Below, piece after piece: positions 18,884-27,078 of a stretch of DNA of 64,000 nucleotides. Made by a program: the position numbers and the translations under genes. Positions within the stretch are counted from its first letter, which is position 1, and each line of letters opens with the position of its first letter. The notes beneath the pieces were generated by a model. It did no database searches. It saw nothing but the letters and a program-made list of their open reading frames with translations, and was not told the origin of the DNA. Origin of the DNA: Planctomycetota bacterium (GTDB lineage: Bacteria > Planctomycetota > PLA2 > JAEUHO01); the NCBI GenBank assembly GCA_965222115.1, contig CBDCTJ010000007.1, positions 1,856,001 through 1,920,000 of the forward strand. The letters run 5' to 3'.

Positions 18884-19591
18884 GTGAACGAACATATGGT
18901 CACTGTCCTTGCTTCCGGCGCCGTCGATTCGGGCTTTCCGATTCGCTTGTCGTTGGTCGTGTCACTGTGCGCCATGTTGATCGTGACACCGCTCGGTCTT
19001 GCATTGGCATGGCTTCAAGCCAAGCGTCAATACAAGGGCAAGGCGCTTATGGATGGATTGATTCTCCTTCCCCTGGTTTTGCCGCCATCCGTCATTGGGT
19101 TCTTTCTCGTGATGTCGCTCGGTCGCGAAGGAGCTTTGGGCTCCGTACTCGAATCGTGGTTCGATGTGCGATTGATCTTTTCGCCCGCGGGTGCCGTCAT
19201 TGCGTCGGCCCTGGTGGCCTTGCCGCTTTTTGTGAAAACGGTGCAGTCGGCACTTTCAAGCGTGCCCGACGACTTGGAGCGCGTGGGTCGCTCGTTGGGT
19301 CTCGGGCCGCTAGCGCTTTTCCTACGAGTCAGTCTGCCGTCCGCGTGGCCCGGCGTGCTTGCTGGTTTCGTCTTGGCGTTTGCGCGTGCCATCGGTGAGT
19401 TTGGCGCCACGCTCATGTTCGCGGGAAACATTCCTGGACGAACCAACACCATGCCCTTGGAGATATTCGCCGCGTACCAAGCGGGCGACGATGATCGCGC
19501 AATCATGTACGTTGTCGTTCTAACGAGCCTATCGCTTATTGTTGTCGTGATCGCATCCATACTCGATGCACGCAAGAGGCGCTACGCATGA
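18884..19591 (+). CDS. modB: molybdate ABC transporter permease
   Basis: LPLVLPPSVIG, FARAIGEFGATLMFAGNIPGRT.TMPL. Confidence 0.95.
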   Translation: MNEHMVTVLASGAVDSGFPIRLSLVVSLCAMLIVTPLGLALAWLQAKRQYKGKALMDGLILLPLVLPPSVIGFFLVMSLGREGALGSVLESWFDVRLIFSPAGAVIASALVALPLFVKTVQSALSSVPDDLERVGRSLGLGPLALFLRVSLPSAWPGVLAGFVLAFARAIGEFGATLMFAGNIPGRTNTMPLEIFAAYQAGDDDRAIMYVVVLTSLSLIVVVIASILDARKRRYA

Positions 19592-20481
19592 CGTGCCACG
19601 CCTTGGATGCTCAGTTTTCGCTCGCCGTAGGCCGGGGAAGCAGTCGTTTCACCGTGGATGCCGCGCTCACGCTTGAACACGGCGTCTTGGTACTCTTTGG
19701 CCCGTCGGGCAGTGGCAAGTCGCTTACGTTGCAAGCCATTGCAGGCATCCTGCGTCCCCTCGACGGACACATTCGTGTGCGTGGCCAATCGTTGTTTGAT
19801 GCCGCAACGCGTACCCATGTTCCTGCCCACCGCCGTCGTATTGGCTACGTTCCACAGCACGCTTCACTATTTCCCTTTCGGAGCGTTGCCGACAATGTCG
19901 CCTTTGGTCTGCCACGTCGTGCCCGTCGCAAAGGAAACCGCGACGTCGTTCAGCTGCTTCATGAGTTAGGCATCGACCATCTGGCAGAGGCACGACCCAC
20001 CGATTTGTCGGGCGGCGAGCGCCAGCGCGTCGCGCTTGCCCGCGCGTTAATTGTGCGCCCGCATCTGCTTTTGCTCGATGAACCGTTTGCCTCCATCGAT
20101 CACACAGGTCGTCGAGCACTTCGCGACGTTTTGGTTGCAACGCTAAATGCCCACGGCACCCCCGCCGTTTTCGTTACGCATGATCCTGAAGAAGCGCGCC
20201 AATTGGGTACACGCATTGCGCGGTTTGCACGCGGCCGCACGCTGGGGATCGAATCGCCTCAACAGTTTCGTGCGCGCGCGCGAGTTCGCGTGACCGGACG
20301 CACGGAGGGGCGAATGGAGTCATTGGCCGATGGGCGACGGCGGCTGACGGTAACGGAGGCGACGGTTGATGCGCCGTCCGAACTCTTGGACCCTTGCAAT
20401 GGCACCATCGATCTTCGACTTGTCTACGATGGGAACGCCGCGCAGGGCCAGGATACATCAGATGATGGTGACCATGCTTGA
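19588..20481 (+). CDS. modC: molybdate ABC transporter ATP-binding protein
   Basis: GPSGSGKS, RRIGYVPQ, LSGGE, LLLDEP, VTHD; follows modB. Confidence 0.9.
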   Translation: MTCHALDAQFSLAVGRGSSRFTVDAALTLEHGVLVLFGPSGSGKSLTLQAIAGILRPLDGHIRVRGQSLFDAATRTHVPAHRRRIGYVPQHASLFPFRSVADNVAFGLPRRARRKGNRDVVQLLHELGIDHLAEARPTDLSGGERQRVALARALIVRPHLLLLDEPFASIDHTGRRALRDVLVATLNAHGTPAVFVTHDPEEARQLGTRIARFARGRTLGIESPQQFRARARVRVTGRTEGRMESLADGRRRLTVTEATVDAPSELLDPCNGTIDLRLVYDGNAAQGQDTSDDGDHA

Positions 20482-21415
20482 CGCGGCCCGACAATGTTCG
20501 AATCGAATCGTGGCGGTCTGCATCGTCGTGGTTGTGCTGAGTATCGCGTGTGCGTTGCAAGGTTGCGGGGATGACGGCGGCGCCACGCCCATCTCGTTTC
20601 CTTCCATTCCTATTCAGGTTCGAGCAGCCGGCGATCCACCACGAATTCGTACGCTTTCGTTATCCGCCACATTGAAGCCGTCGTATCAGTCCCAAAGCCA
20701 TGTTGCGTGGGGACTGCGAGAAGTGTTTGGTTCCGCGCTAGACAAGCCCGCCACACCTGCGTTCCCGCAATCGAGCTTAAACCGACTTGCGGTACGGCAG
20801 TCCGATGGCAAGGTCGTTGACATTGACCGACCGTTTGTGACGCGCGAAGACGGTCGCGTGTGGATCCTCCGCACCAATCGCAAGGCGGAACACCAACTTG
20901 CACTGATCGATCCCAAGCATCCCTTTCCCGCCTATCACGGGCGGGGCGGCAATCGCGGTCGCGCCAAGGCGATCAACCAACAAGTTCGCCGCGTCGCGGG
21001 CCTCACGCTTTATCTCGGCGATACAGTACGGAAATCAAAGAGGCGGGAGTCCCCTATGCTTGAACTGGCCATCACGGTTGACGGCGAGAAGCGCACGTTA
21101 TCCGACGAGCAATTGCTCGAGTTGCAACCTCTGGAGGTATCCGGCGACAGTGGCAAGGGTGCGCGTGATGCATGGGATCTCCGATCGTTTGCCGAGGCCA
21201 TCGCAGGCGACAACGCGCGCGTGTTATCGGTCAAGAGTCGATCCGGCGACGTGGCGACGATTTCTCCTGAGGAATGGGTACGAGACGATCGCGTTCCTCT
21301 CCTCAAGCTGAATCGACGTGGTGCGTTCAAGTTTCATTGGGCCGATGCGAAGTATGTGCCCATCGAAGACGGCGCGGTGCGAGATGTTGTCGAGTTGGGA
21401 ATTGTGGCGAAGTAG
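20474..21415 (+). CDS. lipoprotein of unknown function with two degenerate Moco-binding-fold-like domains
   Basis: Lipobox LQGC; overlaps the modC stop; internal duplication AWGLREVF / AWDLRSFA and VRRVAGLTL / VRDVVELGI. Confidence 0.65.
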   Translation: MLDAARQCSNRIVAVCIVVVVLSIACALQGCGDDGGATPISFPSIPIQVRAAGDPPRIRTLSLSATLKPSYQSQSHVAWGLREVFGSALDKPATPAFPQSSLNRLAVRQSDGKVVDIDRPFVTREDGRVWILRTNRKAEHQLALIDPKHPFPAYHGRGGNRGRAKAINQQVRRVAGLTLYLGDTVRKSKRRESPMLELAITVDGEKRTLSDEQLLELQPLEVSGDSGKGARDAWDLRSFAEAIAGDNARVLSVKSRSGDVATISPEEWVRDDRVPLLKLNRRGAFKFHWADAKYVPIEDGAVRDVVELGIVAK

Positions 21416-21621
21416 GGGATTGCCGAATCCAACGCTGGGTCTTTCGCCAGTTAGCTGAATGAGCTTCCTCATCCGTATCCGAAGCTGAATCTTTCACCTG
21501 ACCTCGGCCTTCGAAGCCAAGAATGCGCACATCGACATCGGAGCGAGCGTCTGCAGGATAGGGCTGACGAAGAATAGGAGTGAGACAGGAAAGGAATCAG
21601 ATTCAGAAAGGGGAAGCTCTC

Positions 21622-22102
21622 ACGCACGTCGCATGCTGCGCATGCAACTTTGCTACCCCACCAACCCGGTTAGGGGGTCTCCTTTGTGAAGCGGAACACG
21701 GGTACAGAAGTCGTTCGATTATTATGAAGTGGTACGGGCGAGAGGATTCGAACCCCTCTAAACTCCGCGCCAAAGGCGCTACGTTTCTCGGGGTGTACCC
21801 CTCGCCTTTGTCAGGGGAGGTCTGTGTAGACCTCCCCTACGCACGTCGCATGCTGCGCATGCAACTTTGCTACCCCACCAACCCGGTTAGGGATCAACAA
21901 CTGGTTGCGGAACACGGGTACAGAAATCGATCGACAATAGATGGTGGTACGGGCGAGAGGATTCGAACCCCTTCGTTCGTTGTGCCTTCGGCACATCGAG
22001 TCTCGGGGCAACCTCTCGCTTTCGTCAGGGGAGGTCTGTGTAGACCTCCCCTACGCACGCTGCATGCTGCGCATGCAACTTAGCTACCCCTCCAACCCGG
22101 TT
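21622..22102 (-). repeat. tRNA-linked tandem repeat, ~215-bp unit x ~2.2; full units carry the 3' 28 nt of tRNA-Arg
   Basis: tggtacgggcgagaggattcgaacccct at 21730-21757 and 21945-21972 is identical to 24498-24525; unit starts at 21622, 21839 and 22053; perfect 11-bp IRs at 21813-21838 and 22027-22052. Confidence 0.92.
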
Positions 22103-22307
22103 GAGAGGCGGAATACAGGCGCAGATTTGACAAGCTATGTGAGTGCTCACAGCGCGACGGGCGTTTTGGTGGCCCTCTTTTAGCCCTATTCGCGACTTAG
22201 GGCATCTCCGTCGCTATAAGTGATATAGGTGCGTTGTCGGCTTACCCAAGAGTTTGTAAGTAGCGCCTTCTTTGTCCAAACACGTTCCGTATTTTGGGAG
22301 TCACTCC

Positions 22308-23285
22308 ATGGCCCGAATCCTTATTGCACTCCTGGCGCTGCTCACGGCAGGCGCTTTGCTCGAGGACTCACACGCGATGCCCGGCGGTCAGCCACTCAGC
22401 TTTGAAGCACGCGCTGATAAAGACGATGAGCATGAGCGAGAGAAGGAAGAGCGCAAGAAAGCCAAAGAAGCTGAAAAGGAAGCTCGCAAGCGTGAGAAGG
22501 AGGCCGAGAAGGAGCGCCGAGAGCGTGAGCGAGAGGCGCGCAAGGAGCGAGAGGAGTCCGAGAAGGAACGGCGCAAGGACAAGGAAGACAAGAAAGAGAA
22601 GTCTGACAAAGGTGAAGCGAGCGAGACTGAGCGTGCACGAAGTGAGCGCGATCGGGAACTAGCCAAGCTCCAGAAGGAACTCGATCGCGAGATCAAGAAG
22701 GCTCAAGCCGAAGCCGCGCGTGAGAAGAAGCCCGAGAAGGCGGCGGCCAAGGAGGCCAAGCTGCGCGCCAAGTTTCAGTCGAAAAAGATGCATGTGGAGC
22801 GCAAGTACGCGGAGGCTTTAGAAAAGGCTGCGCGTAAGAAGGGTGGAGGAGCCGGAGGAGAGAGCGGCGATAGAGGCAAGCGACCCGGAGGTGGCAATGC
22901 GAAGGGTGGCGGTAAAGGCAAGCACAGGGAACCGACAGAGGAGGAGAAGCGAGCCATGAAGATCGAAGACGAAATCAAGCGCGCTCAAGAAGAGCGAGAT
23001 CGCGAAATGAAGCTGCTCGATGCAGAGTACGAACGTGAAATGAAGCAGGCTGCTGAGGAAGCGAAACGCGAAAACGATCCGGACAAGGTCGAGGCCAAGG
23101 CCGCCAAGCTCCGCGAACGTATCGAAAAGCGTCGATCCGAGATCCTGCGCAAGTATCAGAAGAAAATGGAGAAGCTCAACGCCAAGTTCGAGAAGAAGGG
23201 CGGTAATCAGAATGGAAAGGGCAATGAAGGGAATCGCGGCGGTCGAGACGGACGCGAGAATCGAGGCGGACGAGGGAATCGATAG
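22308..23285 (+). CDS. secreted E/K/R-rich helical protein with an internal duplication
   Basis: GGGAG RBS, signal peptide; ERDRE..L..E..RE.K.A..EA.RE..P.K..AK.AKLR occurs twice. Confidence 0.75.
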   Translation: MARILIALLALLTAGALLEDSHAMPGGQPLSFEARADKDDEHEREKEERKKAKEAEKEARKREKEAEKERREREREARKEREESEKERRKDKEDKKEKSDKGEASETERARSERDRELAKLQKELDREIKKAQAEAAREKKPEKAAAKEAKLRAKFQSKKMHVERKYAEALEKAARKKGGGAGGESGDRGKRPGGGNAKGGGKGKHREPTEEEKRAMKIEDEIKRAQEERDREMKLLDAEYEREMKQAAEEAKRENDPDKVEAKAAKLRERIEKRRSEILRKYQKKMEKLNAKFEKKGGNQNGKGNEGNRGGRDGRENRGGRGNR

Positions 23286-23288
23286 AAC

Positions 23289-23549
23289 ATGGAATTTGAA
23301 CTTTGGACTCTTCTTGTGTGGGCGCTTATCGGAGCGCTCGCCGGAATCTTTCTGGTACGTGGCCTCACCATGGGTTCCACCACCCGTGGATTCCTCGGCG
23401 CTGCTCTGGGCGTTTTGGGGGGCTACATCTTTGCTCTAACGGGTGTAGCAGGTACTTCATCCGTAGCGGTTTCATTCGCCGTTGCTGCATTGGTCGCCTA
23501 CGTAGGTCTCCTCGCGATAGGACGGATCAGACCTGGGAACGCGTCATGA
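23289..23549 (+). CDS. small 3-TM membrane protein (GlsB/YeaQ/YmgE-like)
   Basis: LIGALAG...GAALGVLGG Gly-zipper helices; coupled to its neighbours. Confidence 0.6.
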   Translation: MEFELWTLLVWALIGALAGIFLVRGLTMGSTTRGFLGAALGVLGGYIFALTGVAGTSSVAVSFAVAALVAYVGLLAIGRIRPGNAS

Positions 23550-23872
23550 CTGCCTCCGATGCAGAGCCCAAGAAGCCGGGCTTCCTTGAGCGTGTAATCA
23601 AGATCCTTCGCAGCCCTCTTCCTGGTACCAGTACCGCGGAGAAGCGAAAGGAAGAGGAGCAGCAACGCCGCAAGCACAACGAACGTCAGAGCCAACCCGG
23701 TGACACCGGCGGTGACGTATCGGGTGAAACAGAGGGCCTCTCTCTATCCGACCTACTTGAACGCCAGCGTCGTGAGCGTGATGAGCAAACACAGCGCCAT
23801 CTCAGCGAGCGAAAGGAACTCGACGACCGCCATGAACGCGAGCGTGGGGAAGCGAGGGCGCGGCTTTCGTAA
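23546..23872 (+). CDS. small charged hypothetical protein
   Basis: ATGA overlap with the previous gene; KKPGFLERVIKIL amphipathic start, E/R-rich tail. Confidence 0.6.
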   Translation: MTASDAEPKKPGFLERVIKILRSPLPGTSTAEKRKEEEQQRRKHNERQSQPGDTGGDVSGETEGLSLSDLLERQRRERDEQTQRHLSERKELDDRHERERGEARARLS

Positions 23873-24171
23873 GAGCTGTATGTTCTGAGTTTCCTCTCTT
23901 ACCTACTCATACGAAAGAGGTTGCGCGTCGGTGGCTCGTATGCCTCCGCGTTTATGTTCCATTCGCGCGCTGAGTGTGGGTGACGAGTGTGTCAACTGGC
24001 GCAGTCCTCAGAAGTGTCGCGCAGGCAGGCGTATTTTTTTGTTCTCTGGTGTGGCCACAACAAGCCGTTGAAATGTGCTGGCTTCACTTTGGCGCTTGAA
24101 GCTCATCGCTGGCAGAGGGGTGGATGTGCCAGCACGAGTTGGCTTCCCTTAGCTCTTGGACTTGCCTTCAG

Positions 24172-24378
24172 TCAGCGAGAACTGGGTAGCTCTAAATCCG
24201 AGTCCCGAATGAGTCTTCGAAGCTTCCACCGGTAAACCTTGGACACGCGACGATGACCGTGCTCCCAGCGAGAAAGGGAGAGCCTTGCGACGCCGATTCG
24301 ATGTGCAGCTTCAGTGAGCGTCAGGCCGAGTTGCTTTCTTTGCTGCTGAATCCACGCGCGCTCTTGTTGTGCCGACAT
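24172..24378 (-). CDS. XRE-family helix-turn-helix protein (alternative GTG start at 24468)
   Basis: RKQLGLTLTEAAHRIGVARLSLSRWEHG. Confidence 0.78.
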   Translation of the reverse strand: MSAQQERAWIQQQRKQLGLTLTEAAHRIGVARLSLSRWEHGHRRVSKVYRWKLRRLIRDSDLELPSSR

Positions 24379-24497
24379 CTCTTGAAACGCAGGTATTCGC
24401 TCCCTGAGCGTCGCGTTCCAACAACGCTCCAACCCGGTTAGGGGGTCAACTTTCGTGAAGCGGAACACCGGTGAAGAAATCGATCGATAACAGATAG

Positions 24498-24574
24498 TGG
24501 TACGGGCGAGAGGATTCGAACCCCTAACCTCCTGATCCGTAGTCAGGTGCTCTATCCAGTTGAGCTACGCCCGC
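24498..24574 (-). tRNA. tRNA-Arg(ACG)
   Basis: 77 nt: GCGGGCG acceptor stem, TAGCTCAACTGGATAGAGC D-arm, CCTGA-CT-ACG-GA-TCAGG anticodon arm, GGTTCGAATCC T-arm, encoded CCA. Confidence 0.97.
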
Positions 24575-25216
24575 GGGGAGGGGGGATGATAGGGGCAGTG
24601 CGTGTTGGGTGGGACGGAGAAATGGGACGGTGGAGGAGCCGCGGGCCCATTTGTGGGTGACGAAGGGGTGACATTGCGTGTTAGGCCGTGGAGCAGGGGC
24701 GGCAGTACCGGTACTCTCCGATTTGCCGAATTGGGGAATATGACAGTCTTTCGGGGCTCGGCTCAATTCTGATCCATGTTGAACCAACGGATATCGCAAG
24801 AGATTGGCGATCCGAGCGGGTGGCCGCTAAATCGTATTCAGCGTGACGATGTCTTCAGGCGATGCGTCGCGTGTCATCAATGCAAAGGAAATGTAATCAA
24901 AGCCCATACTTTTGGGCTTTCCGGTCGTCGGGCTGTCACCGGAGGATCTTTACAGATACTCGAATTTCGGGGTCGTTTTGGGGCGACGCCGGAGTAATCT
25001 GTGGCCACGCAACGGCGTCATGAGGGAGCGCGAGGGTCATCCTCGCCGGCGACTAGGTCGCCCGACGTCAACGTGAACATCCATGGCTTGGGCAAACCTA
25101 TCCGTTAGGGGCGCTGGCCGTTGGGAGTGTCGGCGATTCGGCAATCTCAATGAGGCCCAGCAATCTCTGATGGTTAGGACGTTCGTGAGAGCCGAGGAAA
25201 CGCCTGGGAGGGCAGA

Positions 25217-26329
25217 ATGACACGCACTATTCGTACGCGCATTTCGTTTGTATGCGCAGCTGCTTGCATCGTTGTCGCTGGATCCACCGTCAATACATGG
25301 GCCGAAGAAGCCAAGTCCGATGCGCCCAATCGTGCGTCGGCAAAGGTTGAATCTACCGCCGAAACCGAGACCTATAGAGCCAAGCAGTTTGTGCCACCGG
25401 CCGCGCCCACGCTTCCCGGTGAGACCACCGCCCCCGATCGCAAGCCCATGTTCTTGTCCGATCAGTTCGCTCGCCGTACACATCGCGATCGCATTGAAGC
25501 GTTGCGCACCGCGAACATGGCGCCTCGCACGTCAACTGCGAAGACAGGCGCGATGGCAACTCCCACAAGTCGCGCACGTACGAATCGTTCCTCTCGCCGG
25601 TCCGAGCTTGAAGAAGTCGCAACTGGCGGATTCTATGAGCCTGAAGACGTAACGCCGAGCGACGTGGTCAACGAGTCGGCACGCGCCAATACAGGCATCT
25701 ACGAACCCGGTCCCGCAGAGGCCTATCTTCCGGGCGACGACGAACGAGTGGACGACGGCTCCGCACTCCTACCCGCGCCGTTCTCTACCAAGGATGGCCG
25801 CACCGTTCGCATGCGCTCGGAGCGCGAATTGGCTGAAGAGTCGTTGAAGTCCCGTCGCAACTTGGAGTCATTGCCAAACTCCGGTCACAAGCGCGCAGCA
25901 CCACTCAAGTCGTTCCGCGGGCATGAGCGCGACGCCCGCCGTTCCTCGCCTCGTTCGAGCGTGGCGAATCGCACATCACGTTCACCGTCGAACCGCCCAG
26001 CCAACCGTGTCGCCTCAACGCCTGCGCCACATTTCAGTGGTTCGAGCAGTGGGACCATCATTCACCGCAGCTCGCCGATCGATCTTGGTCTTGTGCAGCC
26101 GGCACCACGCGTCATTCGCCATTCAGCACCTACGTATGTTCGTCCCGTACCGGTTCGCCCAGCACCTCGCACGATTTATCGCAGTGGTGGCACCACGTAC
26201 AGCAGTGGTGGTGGCGTGACCTATAGCGGCGGAACCCATAACGCTGGAACCCATAACTCTGGAACAACATGGAGTAGTGGTGGGTCCACGTGGAGCAGTG
26301 GCGGATCGACCTGCTTCACCTGAGGCTAG
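25217..26329 (+). CDS. secreted low-complexity protein, candidate selenoprotein ending C-F-T-U-G-stop (ends at 26323 if UGA is a stop)
   Basis: GGGAGG upstream, signal peptide, disordered S/R/P/G-rich body; tail tgc ttc acc TGA ggc TAG followed by a SECIS-like hairpin. Confidence 0.65.
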
Positions 26330-26335
26330 GACGAT

Positions 26336-26354
26336 CGCTGGCCGGTGGCCAGCG
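26336..26354 (+). promoter_or_regulatory. candidate bacterial SECIS
   Basis: CGCUGGCC-GGU-GGCCAGCG perfect 8-bp stem starting 12 nt after the UGA; GGU loop; no U-tract after it. Confidence 0.6.
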
Positions 26355-26460
26355 CCATAACAATCACGTTTCGCCTTTAGCATTGTCGTCCCAGGAGCGG
26401 GTATGCCCTCATGGGGCTTCCTTCTTGACAAACCTCGTTCTCGCTGCGTTTCACTGCAAC

Positions 26461-26925
26461 TTAGTGAGCGTTCGCATCCTCGCCATCGGACTCTTCGATC
26501 GGTAGCGGGGCGGGTGCATAGCCCACCTCGTAGCCAATCTGGGGAAGCGGCGGGAGTGCATCGGAGGCCATGTCGGCGCCGTTGCTGACATCGAGCCCAT
26601 GCTGAATGAACGGCTCGAGCTGCTTCCGAAATGCGGGCCAATCGATGTGATCCGTTGAGCCCGTATACGGATCACATTTTTCCGTTGCCTGCTGCATGAG
26701 ACGCGCGAAACCTCGCGCATGAAAACCGCGCTTGAAGTGCACGAAGGCGGCCGCGTACTGAATCATGCCCTGGAGCCAGAGCCGATACGGGCCGTCCGCT
26801 TCGAGCCACAACGCTTCCCAGTCCTCATGGGCCTCATAGAACGCGCCCTGATTGAACAGTAGCACCGCACGATCGAAGCGACCTCGGTGCTCGGCTTCAT
26901 CGATGGTCATGTCCATGGGCGCCAT
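26461..26925 (-). CDS. DUF309 domain protein
   Basis: LFNQGAFYEAHEDWEALW...LQGMIQ.AAA..H. Confidence 0.9.
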   Translation of the reverse strand: MAPMDMTIDEAEHRGRFDRAVLLFNQGAFYEAHEDWEALWLEADGPYRLWLQGMIQYAAAFVHFKRGFHARGFARLMQQATEKCDPYTGSTDHIDWPAFRKQLEPFIQHGLDVSNGADMASDALPPLPQIGYEVGYAPAPLPIEESDGEDANAH

Positions 26926-27078
26926 CCTTGCGGGAAAGTGTTGCGGAAGGGGCCGATCGGGCGCTCCCTGCCCCGCGACCTACGGGTACTCGTACTATGA
27001 CACCCGTACTATGACACAGGCTGAACCCCGCGACCGGGGCTGCGTTTGGTCTCCCCGTCACCGTTTGGAGCTTCTCTC

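Larger units (their letters stand above)
22090..24439. mobile_element. 2.3-kb integrase-less insertion bounded by 13-bp direct repeats (ctccaacccggtt)
   Basis: Identical 13-mers at 22090-22102 and 24427-24439; removing the insert restores a contiguous tRNA-linked repeat unit. Confidence 0.6.

Noticed and set aside
21622-22102. CRISPR array or integron attC array
   Set aside because: The constant 28-mer is a tRNA 3' end, the intervening sequences are homologous and ~190 bp, no cas or intI gene is present, and the match to RYYYAAC/GTTRRRY is poor.
21580-22183. ORFs across the repeat array (e.g. 21580..22083 with WYGREDSNP)
   Set aside because: Translations of tRNA-derived repeats; frame is not conserved between units.
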